A DNA stretch of 64,000 bases from a virus. Below the pieces are notes generated by a model. The model saw nothing but the letters and a program-made list of their open reading frames with translations, did no database searches and was not told where the DNA came from. The position numbers and the translations under genes are program-made. Position 1 is the first letter of the stretch. Each line of letters opens with the position of its first letter. Positions 27,889-39,030 of this stretch are shown here, in pieces. The DNA is taken from UHGV virus genome UHGV-1366123; one strand, written 5' to 3'.

Positions 27889-29844
27889 ATGAGTAACAAT
27901 AAAAATGTTGTAATCTTTGAGAACCATAGCGTTCCAATGAATCGTGTAAATGAATCGTTGGAAACCGCAAATGGGGTCAAAGATTACGTCTTTGAGGGTG
28001 TCTGTGCTACCTTTAATGGGAAAAACGAAAACGCAAGATTCTACGATAGAGACGAGTATCTTCGTCATGTTGAATACCTTCAGAAGGAAATAGAACAGAA
28101 CTCTCTGGCAGGATCTCTTGATCACCCAGATGGTGATGAAGAGGACGAAACGAAGGACATCTTCACCCCTAAAATGAAGGATCTGTCCCACCTCATCACA
28201 AAGCTTTGGTACAAGCCAGAGACTGATGAAGTCTGGATCAGAATCAAGCTTCTTGATACTGAATGGGGTAAGGATGCTAAGGCTTGTGTTGATGCTGGTA
28301 TGCCACTGTTCATTAGCTCAAGATCATCTGGTTTCATTGACAAAGATGGGCGAGTATGGCTTGCACAAATTCACACATACGATATCGTCTACAGACCTGG
28401 GTTTGGTAACGCTAAACTTTCTCCAGTCCTCGAATCATTCGATGGAAAGAGCACATATCTCAGCGTCTACTCACGCCAGAAGGAAGTAGACAGCACTGAA
28501 TCTGAAAATACTAATATGGAAAAAAAGACTTATAAACTAAGCGAACTCACAAAGGAAGATGTTCTCTCGCTTCTGTTCAATCCTTCGGTGAAGGGAGCTT
28601 ATGATTTCACGAGTGATGTGATCGAAAAACTCGACGAATTCTTCGATTATCCAAAGTTTATCGATTACTTCAATGAAAACGATCCAATGCTTTCTGACGC
28701 AATCGTGAACTACTTCATGGATTGTGGAAGATACGTTTATGATGATGGTACTTCTTGTGAAAATATCGCCGACTTCATAAAGATCGAAGTTGGTCGTGCA
28801 TGTGACGACTATTTCGCAGAAATCAAGCAGACGTTCAAGGACAACTTCGGGGATTTTGTTGAAGAAGGTGATGGAAAGGTAGACATCGATCGTTATGCTC
28901 GCATCATCGAAGAAAGCAAGAAATCAAAGAGAAATGTTCTGCGCAAGATCCAGTCGGTGAACGAATGCGAATCTGTGAAGTTGGTAGTTTCTGATTTCTG
29001 CAATGATCCTTCTTACGGATATGAAGATAAGTTCGAAGTCGCCAGAGAGTTCTTCGTCAAGTATCCCGAATATGGCGTAGTTGTCGATGATTGTTCTATG
29101 GAAGATGTTGTTCTTATCGCTTGTGATATGAAGAACGACTGCATCTATGACGAGATCGAGAACTCTGAAGTCAGAACCAAGAACGAAATCGCAGATGTCA
29201 AGCGTATTGTCAACAAGCTTTATGCTCAGATCAACCAAGACAGAGCAGAATATAAGCAGACGATAAACTCACTCGTTCGAAATGTAAACCAAGTCCTCGA
29301 AGAGTACAAGGCAGATATCGAAAGTGCATTCATCACGATTGATGAAATCCGTGACGATGTTTACAACATAATCTCATGGATCGAATCAAACAACAGTGCA
29401 CTTGACAAGTCAGAGGAAGTTGCACAGATCTCCAAGAAGCTGGATGATGCTACCCAGAGCTTTAGTCAGAAGATTGGTGAAATCGAAGCATCACAGGATG
29501 CGGTAATGTCTCACGTAGACAATATCGAAAGTGATGTTTCCCTTATTGCCGAATCTGCAAACAGAACGAAGCAGATGGTGAAGGAATCTGCAACGGCACG
29601 AAAGATTGAAGATGCGACAAGCATTGGTTCAAGAATCAACAACGTCATCGAGACGATCAAGGCACAAACACCCGCTTTCCGTGTGTTTGAATCTGACGGT
29701 TCTCTCTACGTTCCTAACAGATTTGCAAAGAGTTATAACTCGCTCGACGAAGACCAGAAGACTTTCGTCAAGTCTGTTTTTGAAACAAAGAATCCGAGAT
29801 CTAAATCGGAATTCTTCTCCATTTGGGATTCTCTCGGTCTTTAA
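27889..29844 (+). CDS. prohead protease (T4 gp21-like) fused to a long coiled-coil scaffold-like C-terminal region
   Basis: VIFENHS...FEGVCATFNGKNENARFYDRDEYL...LAGSLDHPDG matches the gp21 family N-terminus; 651 aa with a heptad-rich tail. Confidence 0.55.
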   Translation: MSNNKNVVIFENHSVPMNRVNESLETANGVKDYVFEGVCATFNGKNENARFYDRDEYLRHVEYLQKEIEQNSLAGSLDHPDGDEEDETKDIFTPKMKDLSHLITKLWYKPETDEVWIRIKLLDTEWGKDAKACVDAGMPLFISSRSSGFIDKDGRVWLAQIHTYDIVYRPGFGNAKLSPVLESFDGKSTYLSVYSRQKEVDSTESENTNMEKKTYKLSELTKEDVLSLLFNPSVKGAYDFTSDVIEKLDEFFDYPKFIDYFNENDPMLSDAIVNYFMDCGRYVYDDGTSCENIADFIKIEVGRACDDYFAEIKQTFKDNFGDFVEEGDGKVDIDRYARIIEESKKSKRNVLRKIQSVNECESVKLVVSDFCNDPSYGYEDKFEVAREFFVKYPEYGVVVDDCSMEDVVLIACDMKNDCIYDEIENSEVRTKNEIADVKRIVNKLYAQINQDRAEYKQTINSLVRNVNQVLEEYKADIESAFITIDEIRDDVYNIISWIESNNSALDKSEEVAQISKKLDDATQSFSQKIGEIEASQDAVMSHVDNIESDVSLIAESANRTKQMVKESATARKIEDATSIGSRINNVIETIKAQTPAFRVFESDGSLYVPNRFAKSYNSLDEDQKTFVKSVFETKNPRSKSEFFSIWDSLGL

Positions 29845-29903
29845 TGACCGAGAGAAATCTCTCCTAAATAACGAAATCAAAATTATAACAAAAGAAGATT
29901 TAT

Positions 29904-31526
29904 ATGACTAAGATAAATGAAGGTCTTCTCAACAGAGTGGTCAATGAACACTCTTCTAAGTTGAGAAAGCTGTTTAAGGACAGAGGTTATTCTGTCAATG
30001 AGTCTCGACTTCGTGATATCGCCCTCATGGCTCACACCAGAAAGATTTACGAAAGTGCTTCTAATGGTGCTAATGTCCCAGGTCGTGGTGCATTCTCATT
30101 CGGATCGGCTACTGAGCGTGGTTCTGCAGAAATGTTCGACAGACTCTTCACGGTGTTCGTAGACACTGCAGCTACTAACGTTGGTTTCGACCTCCTGCAC
30201 GTAGCTCCTATGACGAAGAGCAACATCACGATGGTTGTCGCAGAACCAGTTTATGCTGGTGGTAAGAAGGAATCTGCAAATGGTAATCACCTGCAGGTCT
30301 TCCAGATCAAGGCAAAGACCACGACGAGTGCTGATCCTCTGAAGGTAGGTACGAAGTACGAAATCAAGGAAACTGGTGGTGCAACGAAGGTTGCTGAAGC
30401 CAAGTTCATCGGCATCCATCAGTACAATGGTAACTTCATCTTCGATCTCGTAAGTGTTGAAGCCACTCATAAGGACAAGGTTCTTGCAGAAATCCTCGAA
30501 AACGCAGAAATCACCTCGGGTAGCGGTAAGTGGGTTCTCAGTGGTAACACTGTAGACTACGTAAACGGCTTCACGAACTTCATCGCTGGTTTCTCGGGTT
30601 CTGGTCTTCAGAACAACGATCCTTTCCACGTTGGTCGTAACAACGGTAAGACGCTGTTCAAGCCAATGTCACGTGAAGTTGGTGAAACGCAGGGTGCACG
30701 TACTCTTGGTACGAAGATGTGGAACAGAACGTTCTCTGCAGAAACCTTCCACGTTGACCTCTCTCTGACGACGGAGCAGATTCAGGATGCTCGCATGGAT
30801 CACGACTTCGACATGCTTGAATTCTCTGAAGAAATCATGAAGAATGACCTCGATCAGTCTATCAATGATCACATTCTTTCTATGATCTTCGCTTCGGGTT
30901 GGGATCATCACGTTGCTATCAACAAGCTCTCCAACATCAACCTCAACGCAAACTTCGGTACTGGTACTGGTGCAACGCAGGAATTTGTTGGTCTTGATGG
31001 TGAACTCAAGCAGATCTCTGGTGCAACCTCTGTTCTCCCTGCTGTTGGTGCAATCGCAGAAAACCTTTCCACCCTGCAGAAGAGAATCATCACGAGAATG
31101 TTCTTCGCTTCTACGATCATCAAGAATCGTGGTCGTGTAGGTGCAGGTAACACCGCTGTTGTCAATGGTACGAACTCTACGGCTATCCGTGACGTTCGTG
31201 GTTTTGCTATCGCCCCATTTGAAAACACGCTTCAGACGCAGTCATCCCTCGCCCACCTCGGTCAGTTCTACGGAATTGATGTCTTCGAAGATGGTCTGAT
31301 GGATCTGAACGACTGCCGTGTGGCTGTCTTCAACAAGGGTGGTGAAAAGACCCCAGGTCTCGCATTCTGCCCATACATCCTCGGTGAAAAGGTTGAAACC
31401 GTCGCTGAAGGTACGATGGAGAAGAAGTTCAGACTTAAGTCTCGCTACGTTATCGCTGAACGTGGTTCTCATCCAGAAGCTCAGTACATGACGTTCGTAG
31501 TAGAAGGTAGCGACAAGCTCGTCTAA
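29904..31526 (+). CDS. putative major capsid protein
   Basis: 540 aa; immediately downstream of the protease-scaffold gene; codon use looks highly expressed; strong terminator after it. Confidence 0.5.
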   Translation: MTKINEGLLNRVVNEHSSKLRKLFKDRGYSVNESRLRDIALMAHTRKIYESASNGANVPGRGAFSFGSATERGSAEMFDRLFTVFVDTAATNVGFDLLHVAPMTKSNITMVVAEPVYAGGKKESANGNHLQVFQIKAKTTTSADPLKVGTKYEIKETGGATKVAEAKFIGIHQYNGNFIFDLVSVEATHKDKVLAEILENAEITSGSGKWVLSGNTVDYVNGFTNFIAGFSGSGLQNNDPFHVGRNNGKTLFKPMSREVGETQGARTLGTKMWNRTFSAETFHVDLSLTTEQIQDARMDHDFDMLEFSEEIMKNDLDQSINDHILSMIFASGWDHHVAINKLSNINLNANFGTGTGATQEFVGLDGELKQISGATSVLPAVGAIAENLSTLQKRIITRMFFASTIIKNRGRVGAGNTAVVNGTNSTAIRDVRGFAIAPFENTLQTQSSLAHLGQFYGIDVFEDGLMDLNDCRVAVFNKGGEKTPGLAFCPYILGEKVETVAEGTMEKKFRLKSRYVIAERGSHPEAQYMTFVVEGSDKLV

Positions 31527-31554
31527 ACGAAGCCACGAAAATACACTCTCCTTT

Positions 31555-31600
31555 TTTGAGGGGCTGATGAACCATCTTGAGGTTTGTCAGCCCCTCAAAG
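31555..31600 (+). terminator. terminator hairpin
   Basis: ttttttgaggggctga ... tcagcccctcaaag. Confidence 0.5.
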
Positions 31601-31657
31601 TGTTTCTAAAATATAAGAAACGTGGAGAAAAATGGTAACATCCATTTATGAATTAAT

Positions 31658-33427
31658 ATGGCAAAAACTATCTTTAACGGAAACGCAAAGAGTTTTTCAG
31701 AGATCAACCAATTCATAGGAAACTTTGATAAATCTGGTGGTCTGCTCTCTGAACACACAACAGCAGAAATCCGAGAATGGGTTCACACAGGTTCTTATGT
31801 CCTCAACGCCTGCATATCGGGATCAATCCTCAAAGGTGTACCTTCTGGCAGAATCATCACAATATCTGGTGATCCAAAGACTGGGAAATCCTTCGTTCTT
31901 CTGTCATGTATGGCACAGTTACAAAAGAAGGGTTATTTCTGCATCTACTTCGACACCGAGAACGCCACAAGCTATGACAGATTCATAGCACAAGGTGTTG
32001 ATCCTCAAGGCGTACGTGTGATTGTACCAGAGACTGTGGCAGACATCACTGTACAGCTCACACAGCTCACACAATCACTGCTTGACACCAAGAAGGAATA
32101 CGAGCAGAAGAACAAGAAGCTTTCCGAAGATGAAAAGCTCGAAATCCCAAAGGTTGCAGTTTTCATCGATTCACTTTCTGCACTGAACTCATCGAAGCAA
32201 TTCTCCGATGCTCTAAGTGGTGAAATGAAGCAGGACATGGGGACAGTAGCCAAGGAAATCAAGCTTCTGTTCAACATGATCACACCTCGTCTTGGGAAGC
32301 TCGACATCCCAATGCTCTGTACTGCACATGAATACGAAGCCGATCAAGGGTATCAGAAAGTTCGTGTAACAAGCGGTGGTAAAGGGATCACTTACATGGC
32401 ATCTGTTCTTGTATCTCTTCGTAAGAAGTTCGACCGAGATGAAAACAAGCAGAAGATGGGTGTCATTGTAACGGCAGGGATCAACGAATCTCGATTCTCG
32501 ATTCACAGACCAGTAGAGTTTTACATCTCCTTCACAAAGGGGCTTAATGCTTACATGGGTTTGCAGGAATTCGTATCATGGAACATCTGTGGGATCGATC
32601 GAGGGAGAATGGTGGCGTATATCGACACTGCATCAGAGATATCGAAGAAGATCGGTCTTGACAAAACGAAGACTTACTCGACGAAGGAAATAGAACGAGA
32701 ACTTGCACAGGCAAAGAAGCAAACGTTCTATCAATCTCTGTCATACGACCTCTACAATGGTCATATTCGAATTGTATCGTCAGATAACACGATCGTACTG
32801 CCCGACCTCGTACGTATGATGGAGCAAGATGGGTTTGACTTCACAGAAGATCTCGAAACAAAGACGATCAAGGACAAACTGATCGTGCACGGCATCTATT
32901 CTGATGAAGCAATGGCGAAGATGATCTCGAGCTATATCGACAGCGGTGATGCTTATATGGTCGGGAATGTGAAACTCGACGTTGCAAAGAATCAGAAACT
33001 CAAGTTCAAGAAGTCGATCATCCAGTCGATAAATGATAATTCTTACGAGGAAAGACTCGTGGAAGTCGAATCTGAACAGACGCAGGAAATCAACGAAAAG
33101 AAGGATCAGAAATTCGTATTCACCGAGAAGTTCTTCACAGAAAGATTCGAAGATGGAAAGCTTATCCCATCGTCTGTCGAGAAGGTCTGTTTCCCCACAC
33201 CTACTGGGACTGAATGGGTAGTCCGACATCTCAACAAGTCCTTCAAGAATCTGGAAATCTTCAACAAACATGTCTTCACTGACGAAATCTTGAAAACGCT
33301 TGATGAGAAGGTCATGATTCCTCTGTTCTCTTACAGAGATAAAGAATATGAGGACATGGACGGTGATCTTTCAAACACCGATATTGAAGAACTTTCCGAA
33401 ATGGACAAGATTATGAGCGGATTATGA
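31658..33427 (+). CDS. RecA/UvsX-like recombinase with an extended C-terminus
   Basis: Walker A GDPKTGKSFVLL, Walker B VAVFIDSLSAL. Confidence 0.6.
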   Translation: MAKTIFNGNAKSFSEINQFIGNFDKSGGLLSEHTTAEIREWVHTGSYVLNACISGSILKGVPSGRIITISGDPKTGKSFVLLSCMAQLQKKGYFCIYFDTENATSYDRFIAQGVDPQGVRVIVPETVADITVQLTQLTQSLLDTKKEYEQKNKKLSEDEKLEIPKVAVFIDSLSALNSSKQFSDALSGEMKQDMGTVAKEIKLLFNMITPRLGKLDIPMLCTAHEYEADQGYQKVRVTSGGKGITYMASVLVSLRKKFDRDENKQKMGVIVTAGINESRFSIHRPVEFYISFTKGLNAYMGLQEFVSWNICGIDRGRMVAYIDTASEISKKIGLDKTKTYSTKEIERELAQAKKQTFYQSLSYDLYNGHIRIVSSDNTIVLPDLVRMMEQDGFDFTEDLETKTIKDKLIVHGIYSDEAMAKMISSYIDSGDAYMVGNVKLDVAKNQKLKFKKSIIQSINDNSYEERLVEVESEQTQEINEKKDQKFVFTEKFFTERFEDGKLIPSSVEKVCFPTPTGTEWVVRHLNKSFKNLEIFNKHVFTDEILKTLDEKVMIPLFSYRDKEYEDMDGDLSNTDIEELSEMDKIMSGL

Positions 33428-33687
33428 AAATCGATGAACTCGTAGATAAGCAGGATCTGAAGATAAAGCACATCTCTGGTGAATATCTTCACTATACGAA
33501 CCACTCGATAGATGATGTCGTTTATGCTATCTTATCGAAAGGTAGGAAATCGATGAAGTTCAACGATATCGTGAAAGTGTTCGGTGAAGAGAAACGTGAT
33601 CAACTTTGGTCTCTTGTGGACGATATGGTCTCGCTTGATTATGCTTCCGTTATAGGCGAAGAAGACAAGACGATTTCTCTCTTATAA
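33424..33687 (+). CDS. hypothetical small protein
   Basis: 87-aa ORF, start/stop overlap with the upstream gene. Confidence 0.3.
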   Translation: MKIDELVDKQDLKIKHISGEYLHYTNHSIDDVVYAILSKGRKSMKFNDIVKVFGEEKRDQLWSLVDDMVSLDYASVIGEEDKTISLL

Positions 33688-33692
33688 AGAAT

Positions 33693-35159
33693 GTGGGGGC
33701 TTTTCTGGAAATAAAAAGCAGAAAGCCCCCACTAACTATCTTCAAAAATTACAACAAGAAAATGGCTGTTGGATTTGGTCAGAACTTTGAGAACATAGCT
33801 TACGTTTACATAAACTCACAACCTCACCTTTGGAAATCTGTTGATCATGAGTTCTTCAAATCTCCAACTCTGAAGGCACTATCAAAGCTCACCAAACAAT
33901 TCTACGAAAGATTCCACGAGCAGATATTCTCTCCCGAAAATCCAAGTGTAGAGCAGATCGAATATCTCGTAATGGAAGACAAAAAGTCGTTTATGATTGA
34001 CTTGAACATGTCAGAGGACGACAATGCGAAGACTTTCATTGCGAACGCATCATACATCATCAAGACAAACATAAAAGCATTCTCTGAGGAATGGCTTGAC
34101 GAGACTGTTGGTGCATGGATAATGTGGCAAAACAACCAGCGAGCATATAAAGAATCAATCTCTTATATGCAGACACAGAATATCACACCCGAGAATGTAA
34201 AGGAAGTGATCTCCAAAGCACGAGAGATTGTGGTCAGAGGTTCATCTCTATCGTTTGGTGATGAGGAGGTCTTTGACTTCTATGATCCTCAATCTCACAA
34301 GCAGATTTCCGTGGAAGACTACATCGACACTGGCTACGAGATGCTCAACCAGATGCTCACGGAAGACAGACATAACGGATTCATACCTGGTACTCTCAAC
34401 ATGTTCATGGGTTCTACAAACTCTGGGAAATCGGTGATCCTTGGTAATCTTGCACTCAACATTTCAAGATCGGGTAAAAACGTGTTGTTTGTATCTGTGG
34501 AAATGTCAATCCCAAGAACTTTCCGACGAATCGGCTCTAACGCTTTTGACATTCCAATATCGGAATATGACACGTTCTCAAACGACGACGCACTTCTATC
34601 AGAATCTATACAAAAGTTCAGAGCAAAGAACATGAACATTGGTGTACCACCAGGCAAGTTCCTCGCCTTGAAGTTCCCAAAGACTGGTGTCTCAAACATT
34701 TATGGAACTGCAAAGCGACTGGAAGAGAAGCATGGGATAAAGTGGCATGCAATCGTAATTGACTATTTCACGGAACTACAAAACGATCACGGCACGGCAC
34801 AAGATAAAACGTATCAATACCACAAGCAAAATGCTGATGATCTCTACCAAATGGCTTCAGAGACGAATTGGTGTGTGATAACTGCCCATCAGTTAAATCG
34901 AGGTGCTTTGAACATGTCCGATATGACACTTTCATCTGTTGCTGAATCTTACGGTATTGTTTACAGATGCGATAGTGTTATCGGGATGATTGCCACTGAG
35001 AAGATGCAGGTCGAACACACGATGTACATGAAGAATCTGAAATGTCGTGATTCGAAATACAAGAACTTCTTCGCAAAGTTTGATACAGAATTCTCAAAGA
35101 TGAGAATCATAGAAACTGGGGAACTCATAAGCCCAGAAGATTATCAGATCTTCACATAG
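33693..35159 (+). CDS. DnaB-like replicative helicase (gp41-like)
   Basis: Walker A MFMGSTNSGKSVILGNLALN; VLFVSVEMS; RecA-fold C-terminal domain. Confidence 0.7.
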   Translation: MGAFLEIKSRKPPLTIFKNYNKKMAVGFGQNFENIAYVYINSQPHLWKSVDHEFFKSPTLKALSKLTKQFYERFHEQIFSPENPSVEQIEYLVMEDKKSFMIDLNMSEDDNAKTFIANASYIIKTNIKAFSEEWLDETVGAWIMWQNNQRAYKESISYMQTQNITPENVKEVISKAREIVVRGSSLSFGDEEVFDFYDPQSHKQISVEDYIDTGYEMLNQMLTEDRHNGFIPGTLNMFMGSTNSGKSVILGNLALNISRSGKNVLFVSVEMSIPRTFRRIGSNAFDIPISEYDTFSNDDALLSESIQKFRAKNMNIGVPPGKFLALKFPKTGVSNIYGTAKRLEEKHGIKWHAIVIDYFTELQNDHGTAQDKTYQYHKQNADDLYQMASETNWCVITAHQLNRGALNMSDMTLSSVAESYGIVYRCDSVIGMIATEKMQVEHTMYMKNLKCRDSKYKNFFAKFDTEFSKMRIIETGELISPEDYQIFT

Positions 35160-35332
35160 GTCTCCGAACTCAAGGAAGGTACTTTCCTTGCACTCTGATG
35201 GTATTGGTGGTACTTACATAGCATCGAAGGCAAGAAAGCCCAAGGAAAAGGCAAAGAGAAAGCCCAACAACTTCTATCAAGTTGTTGGGCTTTCTCGTTA
35301 TTAATCAATGATTATTGGTTGATGGATGGTTT

Positions 35333-36679
35333 TTATTTCCCACTTCCTTCTTCTTCATCGTCTCCTTTCCAAAAGTCACGTTTTACACACTTTAGTCGTG
35401 TATAAAAACCTCTATCAGACCTGTAAACGTAAGAAAGATCATCAGAGACGTATTGGCCAGATAGCATGTTGTCGAATCTGATCCCTTCTTCTCTGTCTCC
35501 TGCTCTGTCTCTCTCTTCTCTTTCTCTTTGGATAAAAATTGGGATCTGTTGACATACACGAACGTAGTTGTTTATGTCCATCAAGTGACACTCAAGACCA
35601 AATCGTGAAGATGACTTTCTTTGTAGGAGGTTTGACATCTTTGAGAAGTAATAGTTCTTGTGAACATTTTCGGAATATTGCTCGATGAAGTTCACTGATT
35701 TATGAACCGTTCGATCGGTGAGTTTGTGGCTATCACCTTCAGTTTCCAAGCTCTTTTGGAAGAACTCTTTATATTCCGAGGAATCGTGATCATAATAATG
35801 ACAGCTTATTTTGTTACCGTCTTCTGTCATATCTCCGATAGAGTTCACAACACGATAATACGAGATTCCGTTCTCTGTCAAGAGCTTTATGTTAGCATTT
35901 GACAAGAAGAATGGTGTCATCTCAGATTTTTCCTCATCACTCGTATCGAAATCACGATCACCATACTTCAGTGATTCTCTTACTTTTCGAAGATCGATAT
36001 CAATATCAAAAAGCTCGTTGACCTCGACAACATTTAAGTAGTAATACTGATCAACAAAAACTCTGAAGAAAGATTTATCGTCTTTGTACATTGAAGGTAT
36101 GAGATCAGTCTGCAGGAACTCTTGAATGGTGATGTTCGGACAGATCCTCGTCATCACGTCATCAGTTTTCGTGTCGTTTGATGCAAATCCAAGACCGAAC
36201 ATTTTTGCAATATCTTGAAGTGTATCAAACGAAGATTTCTTCCCGAACGATTTCACAAGATCATGGTGGAAATCTTCTATTTCAAGAATACCAAAGATCG
36301 TGATTCTCGCATTTTCTGATCCAGATGAAGATGACGAGTTTATGATTCTGAAGTTCTGTCTTATTGGTTTGAAGTCTTTGTTATCGGAACGAATGAACAA
36401 CTTTAATACATCATCTGTCAGAGTTCCATAATATCTCATCACCCCGAAAGTGTCTTGGAGAGTACAAGAAATCGTAGGTAAAAAAGACTTACCAATTGAA
36501 AGTTCAAAGCTCTCAATTGAACCGTGGTCAAATTGGAATCCATTGATATCAATAAACGGAGCGTATCTACCGACACGCTTCTTTGTTTCTACTGGGATAT
36601 CCTTGATATCTGGGATTTTTATATCACCATGCTTCTGGATATCAATGGAAGGATCAAAAATAACGACTACTTCTTTCAT
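35333..36679 (-). CDS. hypothetical protein, possibly structural (baseplate or tail)
   Basis: 448-aa minus-strand ORF overlapping the next gene by 4 nt. Confidence 0.35.
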   Translation of the reverse strand: MKEVVVIFDPSIDIQKHGDIKIPDIKDIPVETKKRVGRYAPFIDINGFQFDHGSIESFELSIGKSFLPTISCTLQDTFGVMRYYGTLTDDVLKLFIRSDNKDFKPIRQNFRIINSSSSSGSENARITIFGILEIEDFHHDLVKSFGKKSSFDTLQDIAKMFGLGFASNDTKTDDVMTRICPNITIQEFLQTDLIPSMYKDDKSFFRVFVDQYYYLNVVEVNELFDIDIDLRKVRESLKYGDRDFDTSDEEKSEMTPFFLSNANIKLLTENGISYYRVVNSIGDMTEDGNKISCHYYDHDSSEYKEFFQKSLETEGDSHKLTDRTVHKSVNFIEQYSENVHKNYYFSKMSNLLQRKSSSRFGLECHLMDINNYVRVCQQIPIFIQREREERDRAGDREEGIRFDNMLSGQYVSDDLSYVYRSDRGFYTRLKCVKRDFWKGDDEEEGSGK

Positions 36680-37140
36680 CTCTTCTCACCCTTGAATTCG
36701 CTCTTGGGAATCTGTTCGATTATGGTCGACATTGCGATATCGGTCGTACCGTTATAACCTTTACGGAAGTATGAGAACTTTCGACGATGAACGTACATGT
36801 TCGACATAGAATCGACCCTATAAAGTCTCCAGCCCGATTCGGCAGACCATTCACGTCTCCCACGTCTTCCAGATTTTGAAACAGATCGAATCTTCACTTT
36901 TCCTCGGAGGTTATCTTCTTTGTCTGTCGATGCCACCATCCACGCACGGAGATATTGACGAATCTTGCCGTCGACAACTGAATAACCATAACAATAGGGT
37001 TCTACAAATCTGGGACCTGGGAGCACACCGTCGTCATCTCGAGAATAGTAGAATTGTACGTAGTATCTTTGCCGTATAGCAGATTGTAGAACACTTCCGT
37101 TTATCTCTCCAATCCCCTCAAAGATCTTCAATTTCTTCAT
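36676..37140 (-). CDS. hypothetical protein
   Basis: 154-aa minus-strand ORF. Confidence 0.35.
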   Translation of the reverse strand: MKKLKIFEGIGEINGSVLQSAIRQRYYVQFYYSRDDDGVLPGPRFVEPYCYGYSVVDGKIRQYLRAWMVASTDKEDNLRGKVKIRSVSKSGRRGRREWSAESGWRLYRVDSMSNMYVHRRKFSYFRKGYNGTTDIAMSTIIEQIPKSEFKGEKR

Positions 37141-37223
37141 ACCTGTCGAATATACATTTCGTTATTTACAAATGTTTCCGAAATACGGTCAGAACGAAAC
37201 TCTAAATAACGAAACTCGTTCTG

Positions 37224-38804
37224 ATGAATATCAAGAAACTATACGACAATATAGCCGACGGCAATCTTACAACAGGTATTGTCGATGATCTCTTATGGAA
37301 AGATGCAGAGAGGATCAAGACTGGGAAAGACAGACCACAAGACCTTGATTCACTGCTGGAGATGTACTCAAAGTGGTATCTTTCGAAGAAATCACTGATC
37401 AGAATCGAAGATCCAACATTCCTCTCTTTTAAGATAATCATCGATTGGACATCACCACTTTTTAGGAACAACGACAAGCGTGTTCAAGTGAGGAAAGAGA
37501 AAATGGGAGGTGGTGAAAGTCTGTCGTATTACTTAGAATCGGTAAACCAGACTTGGAGAAAGGAAAAACTTCTGAGTTTCCAAGGAAAGATGCGAGAACT
37601 GATGACCAATCGATTCCACTACATGAAGTCAATGGATGGTCTTGGAAGTTTTTGGAAGATACAGCCAAAAGTCGCATTTCTCCCACAAGAGATAACGATT
37701 AGCACGATAGAATCGATGGACATGTTCATATCTTCGATGGCAGATGACTATCTTCATGCAACGTACGACTATCAGAACATGAAGAATGTTGCACCGATCA
37801 ATCTTCGACGGTTTGATATGATTATTGTTATCCACGAAGTCAGAAATATAAAGTCGCTCCTCTCTAACTATTTCAATAATGATGAGAAGTACAAGAAGAC
37901 AATGGAAGAACATGGCGGTGAATCTGAGAGATTCATAAAAGACAAAGATGGGATGGTCTTCCTCAATCCTTACCTCGGAACTCATGCCTACAAGTTCACA
38001 GATTGTGAGTTCGACTTTTCAGAAACTTTCTCCTATCTTTCCAGTGTCTCCAATGAAGGAGGTAAAGAAGTGTCCACAAAGTTCAAGATATCGCTTGGTC
38101 GTATGGACTTCAGATATCACGACCTTGATGTCTTCTCAGAATCGGCAAGAAAGAAGAGATTCCTTGAGGAAGTAGAACCACACGTTTATCAGAGATCAGA
38201 CAAACAATCTGAAATCTCGAGAGAGGTCAGAAGATTTACCGTCGGTGGAGAAAAATCTTCATCTTCGGGGATTGGTGATATTCTCAAGAAGGTAGCAATT
38301 GAAGAAGCTCGCAAAACATCAGAAGCTATTACAAGAGCAATTGATAATCAGATCAAGGGGACTGTTTCACATGCAACAAAAGCTCTGAAGAAGAAGCTTG
38401 ATGAACTTGAGACCGAGTTCAGACCTTCCAACGTTGCAGGAAGATTCGCAAACAAACAAGCAAAGAAAGCAGGTGACTCGGCAAAACGTGCAATCGATAA
38501 AGTAGAATCGGGAGCAGATACCGCAATTTCGAAGTTGAAGGCTTTTATGGGTGACACAGGTAGTGCAGGGAATGATAGTGAACAAGGTGGGCAGATCATC
38601 AAGAGCCATAACGATCAGTTCGGCACATCAAAGGAAGAGACTGCAAAAGCACTGAAGTCGATAAAGGAGAGTTCCGAATTCGAATTCCCAAGACACCAAG
38701 AAGATGATACTCGTGAACAGCTCCGTGAAATAATAACCGAGAATAAATCGAAGTTTGAATATGTTCGATCTGTTCTTGAAGAATCGATGAGACAAAATGG
38801 ATAA
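37224..38804 (+). CDS. hypothetical protein with a C-terminal coiled coil
   Basis: 526-aa ORF. Confidence 0.4.
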   Translation: MNIKKLYDNIADGNLTTGIVDDLLWKDAERIKTGKDRPQDLDSLLEMYSKWYLSKKSLIRIEDPTFLSFKIIIDWTSPLFRNNDKRVQVRKEKMGGGESLSYYLESVNQTWRKEKLLSFQGKMRELMTNRFHYMKSMDGLGSFWKIQPKVAFLPQEITISTIESMDMFISSMADDYLHATYDYQNMKNVAPINLRRFDMIIVIHEVRNIKSLLSNYFNNDEKYKKTMEEHGGESERFIKDKDGMVFLNPYLGTHAYKFTDCEFDFSETFSYLSSVSNEGGKEVSTKFKISLGRMDFRYHDLDVFSESARKKRFLEEVEPHVYQRSDKQSEISREVRRFTVGGEKSSSSGIGDILKKVAIEEARKTSEAITRAIDNQIKGTVSHATKALKKKLDELETEFRPSNVAGRFANKQAKKAGDSAKRAIDKVESGADTAISKLKAFMGDTGSAGNDSEQGGQIIKSHNDQFGTSKEETAKALKSIKESSEFEFPRHQEDDTREQLREIITENKSKFEYVRSVLEESMRQNG

Positions 38805-39030
38805 CTACAAGGTACTTCATAGAAGAAAGACAAAGCTGAAGAATCTCGGGTACGATTATCGAGGAAAGATCATGCAAAGATCGCTTTCGTCGATAATCTA
38901 CCTTAATGAAAACGTCGAAGGATTCTTGGGGTATATCGAAGACATAATGACGCATCTGGTCTATTCAGTGAAATCTATCAAGAAGAGAGTGAACTTCCTT
39001 GTCGATAAAGATGAAGACCACATCAATTAA
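38797..39030 (+). CDS. hypothetical small protein
   Basis: 77-aa ORF overlapping its neighbours. Confidence 0.3.
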   Translation: MDNYKVLHRRKTKLKNLGYDYRGKIMQRSLSSIIYLNENVEGFLGYIEDIMTHLVYSVKSIKKRVNFLVDKDEDHIN